From the NCBI GenBank assembly GCA_964016885.1, contig OZ024763.1, positions 25,482,001 to 25,546,000 of the forward strand: 64,000 bases of DNA, written 5' to 3'. Below the pieces are notes generated by a model. That model saw nothing but the letters and a program-made list of their open reading frames with translations. It had not been told where the DNA came from and did not search any database. Source of the stretch: Eledone cirrhosa. Its lineage: Eukaryota. Of this stretch, positions 42,066 through 55,448 are shown piece after piece. The stretch's first letter is position 1. Every line of letters begins with the position of its first letter. Both the position numbers and the translations under genes were made by a program.

Positions 42066-42961
42066 TTTATCACCTTTTTCTTGGCCCACTTATTCCTGAG
42101 AAGCTCGTGGAAGCAAAGTCCCTAAACAATCCTTCCAGTGGGGCCTGTTAGAAGCAACCATCTCCAACTGATCCAGCTGGATTCCCAAGCGAGACCAGCC
42201 GAGCTCATGAATGTTATCCAACAATCTTGCTCAGGGTCTACCACTGGGTCTCCTGCTGGTTGACTTTGCTTGTAAAATCAATCCAGCAATACTTTCCTGT
42301 GGAATTTTAACTACATGCCCATAATATCGGAGTTTTGATCTCTTAATTCAGAGAAGTAGTGGCTCTACCTGGAGTGACTCTCTGATCTCTGAGCTACAAA
42401 TCTATCCAACAATTCTTTCCTTAGACATTCTAACCACATGTCCATAGTATCGGAGCTGTGATCTCTCAATTCAGAGAAGTAGTGGCTCTACCTGGAGTGA
42501 CTCTCTGATCTCTGAGCTACAAATCTATCCAACAATTCTTTCCTTAGACATTCTAACCACATGTCCATAGTATCGGAGCTGTGATCTCTCAATTCAGAGA
42601 AGTAGTGGCTCTACCTGGAGTGACTCTCTGATCTCCGAACAACAAATATGTCCAGCGATTCTTACCTGAGACATTGTAACCAGATAGTATTGGAGCTGTG
42701 ATCATAGCTTTATCAATAAAGGAATTTTGAACATCTACATCAGACCATCACAATAATCCTTAATTCACATATACTCCGCCACAAACTAAACTAACAAATT
42801 ATATTTGAAAGGAAACACGTGACGTTGAGTGCTTAAATCTATTTACACTCTGCACACTACAGCTGCCTTGACTCTGGAATACAATCCACACGAGACGGAC
42901 CACATAACAGTATTGAGTGCTTCGAATGGCGCGCCACCTGTAACTGTAGTTACACACCTAA

Positions 42962-43023
<62 letters not shown>

Positions 43024-45477
43024 GGAACTAGCTGTGGGAATGACAAGAGCTCAGCCATCGGGTCTCAACGCTTTATGATATATATATGTGTATGCATGTA
43101 TATATCTATGCTTGATAGAGTCGGAAAAGTCTTAATGTTTCGGACACTAGTCCTTCATTGTAAAATAGGGGCAGAGAGAAGAGGGAGTATTTGGTAATGA
43201 GAAACAAGAAAAGACAGGGAAAACTGGGGCAGTGGGGGAGTAGGGTAGTCTCTTTTATTACAAGTTTGGTAAGGAATGGAGGGGGGGGGGGAATCTAAGA
43301 TTCAAGAGATGTTAGTCTTCTTTGTGAAAATATATTATATACACTGTGTTTTAATTGGTATCTACATTCTTTAGATAACCTCAAGGCATCAGGTTTCTTA
43401 TATATATATATATATATACACACCCAGTCACAATACAAACATACACACACATACACATATATATATACACACACACCAAGTCACCACAATACAAACATAC
43501 ACACACACACATAAATATATATATATATATATACACACACTACACATATATATATATACATAAACACACACACACATATATATATGCATATACACACACA
43601 CATATATATACACACACATATACATATATATCCAAACACCACCATACACACACACACAATATATTATTACAGCACGCTAGATGTTGGTGGTGGTGATATT
43701 ACATCAAAGTTACAAAATCTGACAGGTGCACTGAGGAAGAGGGGGTGAGGGGAGGTGTGGGTTGGATTGGGGGGTGAACATGAGGAGGGGGGGGGGGAGA
43801 TGGAGGAGGGGGAGGAGGAGCTAAGTAAGCCATGTAAACTTTGTCAGTGCCATACCAAAGAAAATGAGTTCAATTCAGACACACACACAACCTCACAACA
43901 CACACATACCCCCTCACAAGCTCACAACACACACATACCCACCACACACACACACATACCCACCACACACATACACATACCCCCCCACACACACAAGCAC
44001 CTTCTCCACTCTTCTTAAATTTCAGAAAGTAATGACACAGTCCTGACATAAACAACAATGGCAAATACCATAGAGAGGTCGCAGGTTCAAACCTGACCCA
44101 GGTCAATAGATCACCACCACCACCACCACCACCACCACCATCATCATCATCAGCAGCATAACCATCATCATCACCATCACCACCACCTTCATCACCACCA
44201 CCACCACCACCACCATCATCATCATCAGCAGCATAACCATCATCATCACCATCACCACCACCTTCATCACCACCACCACCACCACCACCATCATCATCAT
44301 CAGCAGCATAACCATCATCATCACCATCACCACCACCTTCATCACCACCACCACCACCACCACCATCATCATCATCAGCAGCATAACCATCATCACCACC
44401 ACCACCACCACCACCACCACCACCATCATCATCATCAGCAGCATAACCATCATCATCACCATCACCACCACCTTCATCACCACCACCACCACCACCACCA
44501 TCATCATCACCACCTTCATCATAATTATCATCATCATCACCACTGCCAGCACCAAGATCATCACCATCACCACCACCATCACCATCATCATCATCAACAG
44601 CATAACCATCATCATCACCACCACAGCCAGCACCAAGATCAACTTCACCACCACCATCACCATCACCACCACCATCATCATAATCACCATCATCATCATC
44701 ATCATCACCACTGCCAGCACCAAGATTATCACCTTCACCACCACCATCACCATCCCCATTCTCATCACCACTGCCAAGCACCATCACCATTAATATCAAC
44801 ATCATGATCATCATCGCCACCTCCACCACCACAATTTCCCCCATCATCCCCATAATCATCATCACCACTATCATCATCATCATCACCCCCATCATCATCA
44901 TTATCATCGTTTAATGGAAGTTTGTTATCCCAGGCTGACATAGGTCAGCTGACTGACCACGTAACTGGCCAGTCCTTAATAAGAGTGGTTTCTGTCCTCA
45001 AAGATAGGCAACATGCAAGCCACATCTTGTTTACATACTATTCTACACTTGACATTGTTTTAAATACACATGGATGAGCTTTCTATCACCATATCCTCAT
45101 CCTCATCATCACCGCCATTTTATGTTCGCTTTTCTCTGCTTGCAAGCATTGTATGGGTCCTCTTCAGCACAGCATCTCTCCATTTCTCACGGTCCTTTGT
45201 CATCTCCTCTGTAAGCTTCAGTATCTAAAGTCATCTCTCACCACCTCCGCCCATGTTTTTTGTGGTCTTCCTCTACTGTGTCTTCCTTCCACGGGGATTA
45301 CTTGGCACTTCTTCACCCGGCAGTCATCTTCCATGCACATCACATGGCCATACCAAAGCAGCCATCTTTCCTGTACACTATAGTTTATTCCTCTTATACA
45401 CAGTTTCACTCTCAACTCATCCCTGCTTGGTCGTTCATACATTGACATATATGCTATAGAATATATGGTGATGTGAA

Positions 45478-45800
45478 GGCGCATGGCTTAGTGGTTAGAG
45501 CATTGGACTTGCAATCGGAAGGTTGTGAGTTTGATTCTCGGACCGTTGAGCAAGACACTTTATTTCACGTTGCTCCAGTTTACTCAGCTGTAGAAATGAG
45601 TTGCGACGTCACTGGTGCCAAGCTGTATCAGCCATTGCCTTTCCCTTGGACATCATCGGTGGCGTGGAGAGGGGAGACTGGTATGTATGGGCGACTATTG
45701 GTCTTCCACGAACAACCTTGCCTGGACTTGTGCCTCGGAGGAAAACTTTCTAGGTGCAAATTCCATGGTCATTCGTGACCGAAGGGGCTCTTTACCCTTT
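45478..45800 (+). mobile_element. tRNA-derived SINE with the same head and core but a different tail
   Basis: GGCGCATGGCTTAGTGGTTAGAGC...GAGTTTGATTC...TTGAGCAAGACACTTTA; related heads at ~740-960, 6335-6430, 33735-33850. Confidence 0.75.
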
Positions 45801-47192
45801 TTTTTTATATGGTGATATAGGCAGCAAATTGGCAGAGTAGTTAGAATGTCAGATAGAATACTTTATGGTATTTGCTCCGGCTGTCTGCTCTCTGATTTCA
45901 AATCCCGCTACGGTCAACTTTGCCTTTCATCCTTTCAAGGTCGATAAGAAAAATACCAGTCAAGTACTGGGGTTGATTCTTCCTCTATATCTCTTTCTTA
46001 TTTTCCTCTCTCTCACTTTTCTATCTTTCTCCGGAAGAAATCTGCTGTACTCAGGCCTGGAGAAGGAAGGGCTCCAACAGGTTTAAAATGATACCACCAG
46101 GAGTTCAGACCCCTTTACCTCTATCTACCTAAGGCTGCCATTTCGTGGAATCATTAGAACGTCGGATAGAATGCATTATGATATTCGTTCTGGCCCTCTG
46201 CTATCTGAGTTCAAATCCCACCGAAGTCAAATTTGACTTTCACCCTTTCGCACTCAACAAAAAAGTACCAGTCAAGTACTGGGGTCGATCCTCTCTCTAT
46301 ATCTCTTTCTCAGGAAGAAATCTGCAGTAATCAGGCCTGGAGAAGGAAGGGCTCCGACAGGTTTAAAATGCCAAAGAAACGCTGTACATCAATATGGTGT
46401 CCCTACGACTCTATCGTGAGTTACGGGACCTTACTATACAATATGAGGATATGTGTGTTTGACTTGTGTCTGTATGTCTGTGTTTTCTTGTGTCAGTGTG
46501 TGTGTGTTATCATGTGTCTGTTCATGTGTGTGATCGTGTGTCTGTATGTCTGTATTTTCTTGTGTCAGTATGTGTGTGTGTTATCATGTGTCTGTTCATG
46601 TGTGTGATCGTGTGTTAGTATGTGTGTGTCTGTATATGTGTGTGTGATCATGTGTTTGTTTGTGTGTCTTATCGTGTGTCAGTATGTGTGTGTCTGTTCA
46701 TGTGTGTGATCGTGTGTTAGTATGTGTGTGTCTGTATATGTGTGTGTGATCATGTGTTTGTTTGTGTGTCTTATCATGTGTCAGTATGTGTGTGTCTGTT
46801 CATGTGTGTGATCGTGTGTTAGTATGTGTGTGTCTGTATATGTGTGTGTGATCATGTGTTTGTTTGTGTGTCTTATCGTGCGTCTGTATGCGTGCGTGAT
46901 TGTGTGTCTGTATGTATGTGTGTGTGTGTTGTCATGTGTCTATATGTATATGTATATGTTTGTAAGTATAAATGTTAAAGAGTTACAGACAGAGATATAT
47001 ATATAAATATATAAATATATAAACAAACAAACATGGTGTATTATTAAGGTTGATAACAAAAACTGCAACAAATTAAAAAAAACGGGTTTAAATTGAAAGA
47101 AATATATTGAAACAAAATTACAAAATGAAATAAACTAAAATTAAAAATTAAAAATGATATTAAAAAATAAACAGAAAAAGAAGTTATAGGGG

Positions 47193-47254
<62 letters not shown>

Positions 47255-47466
47255 TGATTAATGACAGTAGCATGCAAGAGAAACAGAGAGAGGGAGTGGT
47301 GTGCTGAAAGAGTGAGTGAGTGAGTGAGTGAGTGAGTGAGTGAGTGAGTGAGTGAATGAATGAATGAGTGATGAAGGCATGCAAGGAGAGAAAGAGAGAG
47401 ATGACAGTGTCAGTGAGTGAAAGACTAAGTATATATATATATATATATATACACACGCACACATAT

Positions 47467-47499
<33 letters not shown>

Positions 47500-47514
47500 C
47501 ACACGCACACATAT

Positions 47515-47596
<82 letters not shown>

Positions 47597-47711
47597 TAAC
47601 TCAGGTATATATATGATATATATATACGTATATATATGTGTCTGTATATATATATATATATATATACACACACATACACATACATTTATATATGTGTATA
47701 TATATATATAT

Positions 47712-47773
<62 letters not shown>

Positions 47774-47993
47774 CGAAGGAAATGTGGTAAGGAACCAGGT
47801 GGACCATAACGCACCAAAGTACTCAATACTTAGGGTAGTAGAATGGGTAATAGGAACAAGTAAGACCCCGACGGCTGAGTTCAAGCCGTTTCGATGGCTA
47901 ATTCTGGACTAGAAAAAAAAAAAAAAAAATTTCTTTTAGTCCAGAATTAGCCGTCGAAACGGCTTGAGCTAAGCCGTCGGGGTCCTACTCATT

Positions 47994-48027
<34 letters not shown>

Positions 48028-48286
48028 GATAAATCTACCAAGAGTTTACGGTAGTGTCCAATCCGTATGAAGAACTCAATGTATTCCGGATATCATGGAA
48101 AGAAGAGATGTAATGAAAAATCACTTTCGGTGAAAGATAAACGGAATACAGAGTCAAGATAAAATATTAAACAAATAATGAATAAAACAATGAAACAGTT
48201 CCTTATATTAAACAAAAAAAGTTTTTTTTGAACTTTTTTTGTTTTATATAAGGAACTGTTTCATTGTTTTATTCATTATTTGTTTA

Positions 48287-48386
<100 letters not shown>

Positions 48387-48478
48387 CAGAGAGAGAAAGG
48401 CAGATACATGCATTGTTACCAGTGCAATGATGAAGTCTGAGAGGTGTGAAGAGAATCAGCAGAAATAACCTTCTTTAC

Positions 48479-48657
48479 TACAGGTAAAATTCCGTTATAA
48501 CAAATTTTTCAGTATAACGAAATTTTGTTCAATCTCCGAGGTAAAGACAAACAAATGCTCGGTTTGTTTCCGTTGATCTCGTTATAAAGAATTTTTCGTT
48601 ACAACAAATTTTCCTTTTTATACCCCCAGGGATTTCGTTTTAACGGAATTTCACTGT
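48479..48657. mobile_element. pogo/Tigger-like MITE
   Basis: Imperfect TIRs CAGGTAAAATTCCGTTATAACAAA / TTTCGTTTTAACGGAATTTCACTG. Confidence 0.55.
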
Positions 48658-48716
48658 GTGAAGGCTATTACACATACATACAGGTTGTGTGTGTATATAT
48701 ACATACACTCAGACAT

Positions 48717-48757
<41 letters not shown>

Positions 48758-48820
48758 CATACACTTAGACATACATACACACACACATATATATATATAT
48801 ACACACACTTAGAGATACAT

Positions 48821-48851
<31 letters not shown>

Positions 48852-49202
48852 CATACACTTAGACATACATACACACACACATATATATATATATACATAC
48901 ACTCAGACATACATACATACATACACACACATATATATATATATATGTATACATACACACATACACACATATATATATATATATATACTCAGACATACAT
49001 ACACACACATATATATATATACACATACACTCAGACACACATACACACACACACACATACACACATATATATATATATACACGCACTCAGAGATACACAC
49101 ACACACACACACCCACATATATATATACACATACACTTAGACATACATACACACACACACACTTACATATATATATATATATACATACACTTAGATATAC
49201 AT

Positions 49203-49241
<39 letters not shown>

Positions 49242-50055
49242 CACTCAGACACACACACACATATATATATATGTGCGTGTTTATGTGTACGTGTATGTAT
49301 ATGCATGCATGGCGGATGTTTTCGCGAATGCACGTGTTTGTACATATATAGATGCGTGTATGTATATATTTAATTATTATTGATTTTAATAATCTCTGTC
49401 ATTTTCGTTCTACTAATTTATTTACATTATTCTTAACTCTGAAGCCGAGAATCATTCAGTTTCCTAAATAGAATATTAGTCTACGACTTCTTTTATACCA
49501 TAAATGTGGTTTTGTCTTTGCGTGTAATTGTTCTCATCGCTCCACATAACAACGTATTATCTTCACTTTTTCCCGTTCATCGCCAGGGAACGTCTTCACG
49601 AACCAAAGTATCATCTTCCTGTCTTCCTTTGGTTGCAACGTTTTTCGAAATATTTACTTCTGCGTTCACAGACTGATTTTTTTAGTTTCAGAAGATCCCG
49701 TTAAGGGTGAAAGCAGCGATTCTTTGCTTAAACTTTAATCTGTTATTTTAATAAATATTTGCTCTACGGTTCTTATATATTTGATATATATTTATCCTTA
49801 TCGAGCCCTCTTTGGATTTTAGTCTTCACATTTATTATTATTACTATATATATATAAATAAATATATATACACAGTCACACTGACACACACACATATATA
49901 TGTGTGTGTAATGTACATACACTCAGACACACACAACACACACACATGCATAGAGAGAGAGAGTGTGAGAATGAGAGCAGTTGAATTGCTCAAAAACATG
50001 TTGCAAAAAAAAAAAAGAAAATGATAAAATGATGAAATGAAGCGAAACAACTGAC

Positions 50056-50073
50056 CTGGGAGTGCTTGGACAC
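50056..50073 (-). CDS. Candidate 18-nt dvl microexon (S-VQALP-D)
   Basis: tttctag|GTGTCCAAGCACTCCCAG|gtcagt; frame-preserving, phase 1/1, stop-free. Confidence 0.5.
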
Positions 50074-50304
50074 CTAGAAATGATGAGGATGGATTGAACG
50101 TGACATGAGTGAAGGTGTGGTTTGTGGGATCAATATCACATGAATGGCGGTATAGGTTCAAATAAGCATTTAACAAAGGTGGGGAGGTGACAAAACAACA
50201 ACAACAACAACAGGGTCACAGTATTGATGGAATGATGAAAGACAGCAAAATAAATAAAACAAAAAAAAATTGCTAGATTCTGGGTCTAAGTAAGATTGTA
50301 TTGT

Positions 50305-50349
<45 letters not shown>

Positions 50350-50514
50350 ATATAGCAGAAAGGAAAAAGATTTCTGCAGTAGAAAATGTTGAAGAGATTT
50401 TTTCAGTGAAATATCAAAACATTAATTTATTTACAATACCGGTTTCAGCATTATATGTATTGTCAATTGCAGATATGCAGAATATTGTTAAGTTGCACAT
50501 TTGTACAAATAGTG

Positions 50515-50560
<46 letters not shown>

Positions 50561-50737
50561 TAGCAGAGAAGGATGGACAGAGAAATGAACTCTCTTCTCT
50601 GAATGAACATGTATGTGAAAATTCATTTTTCTTCCTCATTTTTATTTTTTTTATTATTATTATTATCACTGTTATCCCGCCGAGGTTAACTTTGCCTTTC
50701 ATCCTTACGGGGTCGATAAAATAAAGTAACAGTAATT

Positions 50738-51088
50738 TGTTAAAAGGTGGATGAATGTGGCGAGAATGGCCCGTGTGAATGGGCCTGCTCTGACCATGTG
50801 CCTGTAGGCTAGCTAACTTGAGGAGAGGGGTGCTCTCCCTGGGTGCCCTAGAAGCGCAGGGTGGTTCAGGATTGGTGGGGTACCCGAGTCACCCCAGGGT
50901 CGTCCACCCCCTATTGGGGAATTTATTTTGTTACATTTATGCATAGTTTATTTTATATTCTTACATCTTCATTGTTAAATTAGTCTTGCTATTGTACACT
51001 TTTACTCGACCTTATTGTAAACCCCCACTGTCCCTGTCTTTGTATTGTCCCCTACATGTCGGCCCTTGTGGCTAATAAATGAAATCAT
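50738..51088 (+). mobile_element. 3' end of another LINE-like repeat
   Basis: Short ORF end, then UTR ending CCCTTGTGGCTAATAAATGAAATCATT; the same terminus occurs inverted at ~23244-23275. Confidence 0.4.
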
Positions 51089-51670
51089 TGGGAGTATCGG
51101 TAGAGGGTCGGACGCCATGCTTTCCAGCATAGTTACGTCCCTTTATGATCTGAGTTCAAATCCCGCCGAGGTTGACTTTGCCTTTCATCCTTACGGGGTC
51201 GATAAAATAAAGTACCAGTAATGCACTGGGTGATTGCTGGCCTTGTGCCTAAAGTAGAAACAATTATTATCACTATTTGTACAAATATGCAACTTAACAA
51301 TATTCTGCATATCCACAATTGACAATACATATAATGCTTAAACTGGTATTGTAAATAAATTAATGTTTTGATATTTCACTGAAAAAATCTTTTTCCTTTC
51401 TACTATTTGTTTTTATATATATCAACTCATGTGTTACTTTTCTACATTCGATATATATATATATGCAAAGGTTGGAATTCAACAAACTTAAAAGTTTTAT
51501 AACTGATATAAAGCACTCAACAGCTTGATGGAGTAAATATTCATTATATATATTTCAAGGGCAACCAAGGCAAATTTTGGTGCGCTTTCATCAGATAAAA
51601 TACAAAATTTGTTTTATAAATGTTGACATACCCGCCAAAGGGTATGTCAACATTTATAAAACAAATTTTG

Positions 51671-51736
51671 TATTTTATCTGATGAAAGCGCACCAAAATT
51701 TGCCTTGGTTGCCCTTGAAATATATATAATAAAATA
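51671..51736 (+). ncRNA. Minimal type-I hammerhead ribozyme motif (mirror copy on minus in the left arm of palindrome 51543-51730)
   Basis: TATTTTAT-CTGATGA-[AAG.GCA.CCAA...TTGG.TGC.CTT]-GAAA-TATATA-TA-ATAAAATA; perfect 8-bp stem I. Confidence 0.72.
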
Positions 51737-51775
51737 ATTATGGTTTTATAAATATAGTTTCAATTTATTAATATA

Positions 51776-51839
<64 letters not shown>

Positions 51840-51906
51840 TTGCCTGTCACTAATCTATCAAGATAGATGATGCTGGTATATCATGAAAAATTATACATCT
51901 CATATG

Positions 51907-51984
51907 TATTTTATCCGATGAGGGCATGCTCTGATTTATGTTACACATAAATTTTTGCATCCCCGAAATATATATAATGAAATA
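51907..51984 (+). ncRNA. Minimal type-I hammerhead motif, CCGAUGA variant
   Basis: TATTTTAT-CCGATGA-[GGG.ATGC...GCAT.CCC]-GAAA-TATATA-TA-ATGAAATA. Confidence 0.65.
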
Positions 51985-52759
51985 AATAGTGATGATATAA
52001 AGTATATATCTTTCCCTTATTACTATTATCATCATAATACTCCAGATAAATATTAACTGTTGAGTGCTTTGTATCTGTTACACACATAAGTCAGTTGATT
52101 ACATATCAACTAAGTCTTTAACTCATTGTTTATATATATATATATATATATAAATATATACATAAGCTGATTAACCTTCAGTATGCTGAATCTTTTAATG
52201 AATTACTTCCCTTGATACTTATGTATTAAAGGGAGGTTATTCTATTGTTGCAATTTGTTGCCAAAAGCGCATTAAAGATTAAGTGTATATATAGGGTGTT
52301 TATGCATATATATAAGGTGTTTATGTGTATGTATATATATATAAAGGGTGTTTATATGGATATACAGAATGTTCATGAGAATATATAGGGTGTTTATGTG
52401 TATATATATATATATATATAAAGGCTGTTTAAGTGTATAAGCTCTGTGTGCCTTGGGTTATAACAGTGTAGTTTTTGCTGATGTTATTTCTATTGTATTG
52501 ATAGTACTTTTCGTAATATGTATGTGAATTACTATTATTAACATTATTATTATTATTATTATTATTACTAATTGATAAGTGTTGGTGGAAAGAAGGGGAG
52601 ATAAGTATGTAGAGGATATCTTTATGTTGTTTGATGATATCATGAATTTGAAACAGTAAGCAAGCATTAAGCCATGAATGAAGAAATAAATATCAGATAA
52701 TGTAAAAAAAAATGGCAAATTCGGGGTTAAAAATGATTAGAAATAAAAGTAAATATTTT

Positions 52760-54318
52760 ATAAAGACAGATAGAGAGACAGAAATATATTGACTTCAGAA
52801 TAGGGTGTATATATTATAGTATAATATATAGTATACTATATAGTATAATTTATACTATATACTATAGTAGGGAGCTGGGAAGGGTTATTATTGAGAGAAC
52901 ACATGGTATAGAATATGTAGGGAGACAGAAATATATTAACTTCAGAATAGGGTGTATATATATTATACCACGGTTTCCTAAACTTTTTCTAACATGGGAC
53001 CCTTTTTAGTTCAGAAACTTTCGGGGAAACCCCAAAGTCTAATACTGTTATATGGTTGAAATATAAATATACTCCTCTACATTTTTTTCAGGGAGCCCCA
53101 GACATTCCTTTGTAGAACCGTAGGGTCCCACAGAACCCCAAACACACCTTTGTAGAACCACTTTGGGAACCACTGTACTATATATTATGCTAGGGAGCAG
53201 GATGGAGTGGGGGTTTATTAGAGACGGTGGTATAGAATATGTAGAATATGGTATAGAATAGAGAAACAGAAATATACACACTTCAGAATAGGGTGTATAT
53301 ACTATATACTATGCTGTATAATAACTTTGTCTCATCATAGTAGGGAATGGGTGGGGGTATTATTGAGAGAACACATGGTATAGAATAAATAGAAAGACAG
53401 ATAGAGAGATAGAAATATATTCACTTCAGAATAGGGTGTATATATTATATACTATATACTATACTAGGGAGAAGGGGGAGGAGTTATTACTGGAAGAGAC
53501 AGGTATGTATAGAATATATAGAAAGACAGATAGAGAAACAGAAATATACTCACTTCAGAATAGGGTTTATGTATATATTATACTATATACTATGCTAGGG
53601 AGCAGAGAAGGGGCTATTATTGATAGTACGCTGGTATAGAATATGTAGAAAGACAGATAGAGAGTTAGAAATATACTCACTTCAGAATAGGGTGTATGTA
53701 TATATTATACTATATACTATGCTAGGGAGCAGAGAAGGGGTTATTATTGATAGTACGCTGGTATAGAATATGTAGAAAGACAGATAGAGAGTTAGAAATA
53801 TACTCACTTCAGAATAGGGTGTATGTATATATTATACTATATACTATGCTAGGGAGCAGAGAAGGGGCTATTATTGATAGTACGCTGGTATAGAATATAT
53901 AGAAAGACAGATAGAGAAACAGAAATATACTCACTTCAGAATAGGGTGTATGTATATATTATACTATATACTATGCTAGGGAGCAGAGAAGGGGCTATTA
54001 TTGATAGTACGCTGGTATAGAATATATAGAAAGACAGATAGAGAAACAGAAATATACTCACTTCAGAATAGGGTGTATGTATATATTATACTATATACTA
54101 TGCTAGGGAGCAGAGAAGGGGCTATTATTGATAGTACGCTGGTATAGAATATGTAGAAAGACAGATAGAGAGTTAGAAATATACTCACTTCAGAATAGGG
54201 TGTATGTATATATTATACTATATACTATGCTAGGGAGCAGAGAAGGGGCTATTATTGAGAGTACGCTGGTATAGAATATGTAGAAAGACAGATAGAGAGT
54301 TAGAAATATACTCACTTC
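52760..54318. repeat. 127-bp minisatellite abutting the DEP-exon donor (6 near-perfect plus degenerate units)
   Basis: CACTTC recurs at 53551, 53678, 53805, 53932, 54059, 54186, 54313. Confidence 0.93.
52969..53175. mobile_element. hAT-like MITE
   Basis: Ends CACGGTTTCCTAAACT ... CACTTTGGGAACCACTG with internal GAACCC repeats; related GAACCC-rich relic at 18650-19080. Confidence 0.5.
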
Positions 54319-54483
54319 CACACAGATTGCCAAACACATAGTAACATTGTTCAGAAAATGTGATTTTATTGACGGTGTGTCGGATGTAACCGACCTTCAG
54401 TAAATTACAAGCGTATTTCCGTGCATCTCGGCGGTCAGAGAAACCTTGTACATGAGTAAAGAGCCAGTCAACTAAATCAGCAC
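54316..54483 (-). CDS. dvl: Dishevelled exon, DEP domain C-part ([55 protein letters not shown])
   Basis: [14 protein letters not shown] hallmark; ttcccag / GTGAGT; 168 nt, phase 1/1. Confidence 0.96.
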
Positions 54484-54548
54484 CTGGGAAAAAATAGTAT
54501 AAAGAAAAAACATATGTAATGTATATTACAATAAAAGTGTTGTCTGTT

Positions 54549-54835
54549 GGAGGCACATGGCTTAGTGGTTAGAGCATTGGCCTTGCAATGGAGGCACATG
54601 GCTTAGTGGTTAGAGCATTGGCCTTGCAATGGAGGCACATGGCTTAGTGGTTAGAGCATTGGCCTTGCAATGGAGGCACATGGCTTAGTGGTTAGAGCAT
54701 TGGCCTTGCAATGGAGGCACATGGCTTAGTGGTTAGAGCATTGGCCTTGCAATGGAGGCACATGGCTTAGTGGTTAGAGCATTGGCCTTGCAATGGAGGC
54801 ACATGGCTCAGTGGTTAGAGCATTGGCCTTGCAAT
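54549..54835 (+). repeat. 7 x 41-bp tandem repeat of a SINE head (Pol III A box)
   Basis: GGAGGCACATGGCTTAGTGGTTAGAGCATTGGCCTTGCAAT x7; the last copy continues into the SINE. Confidence 0.93.
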
Positions 54836-55136
54836 CGAAAGGTTGTGAGTTCAATTCTCAGACCGGGTGATGTGTTGTTTCCTTGAGCAAGACACTTTAT
54901 TTCACATTGCTCCAGTTTACTCAGCTGTAGAAATGAGATGATAGGCACTGAGGTCCATATCATTCCACTGCAAAGTGGTCGTGTAGGTGCCACGGCAAAA
55001 AAGCACCCAGCACTCACTGTAAATGAGGTTGGTGTTAGGAAGGGCATCCAGCTGTAGAAATCAAGCCAGAATCAGTTCCCGTCTCACCCTTGCAAGCAGG
55101 GAAAAAGCAGACGTAAAATGAAATGATGATGATGAT
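54795..55136 (+). mobile_element. tRNA-derived SINE whose 3' tail matches the RTE LINE 3'UTR (other copies ~508-695 and 63395-63670 on minus)
   Basis: A box TGGCTCAGTGG, B box GAGTTCAATTCTC, TTGAGCAAGACACTTTA core, then AAAAAGCACCCAGCACTCACTGTAAATGAGGTTGGTGTTAGGAAGGGCATCCAGC as in the LINE 3'UTR. Confidence 0.8.
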
Positions 55137-55448
55137 GTTTGTCTATCATTGTCTATCATGTATAGAGCAAGAGTGAGTGCCAAGCCAGAGATATATACAT
55201 AGATAGAGAGAGAAAAAGGAAGACTGTGTATTTTCAAGATGACAGAAAGTTATGACGTCATCCTCATCTATATATCATCATCATCATCATCATCACCATT
55301 TTACATCCGTTCTTCCCTGCTTGCAAGGGTGGGACGGGTCTTATTCAGCACAGCATCTCTCCACTTGTCATGGTCCTTTATCATCTCCACCATGAGCTTC
55401 AGCGATCTGAGGTCTGTTCTCACCACCTCTGCCATGTTATATATATAT

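Noticed and set aside
43695-43750. Acceptor-like site cctcttcctcag (also 37278 and 7482)
   Set aside because: No convincing frame-preserving donor, only short stop-terminated frames; indistinguishable from chance
43870-44907. 345-aa Gly/Asp-rich ORF resembling a biomineral or structural protein
   Set aside because: Compound (CAC/CAT)n tract with higher-order duplication, open in several frames; no signal peptide or splice support
54795-54870. tRNA gene
   Set aside because: A/B boxes belong to SINE heads; no full cloverleaf
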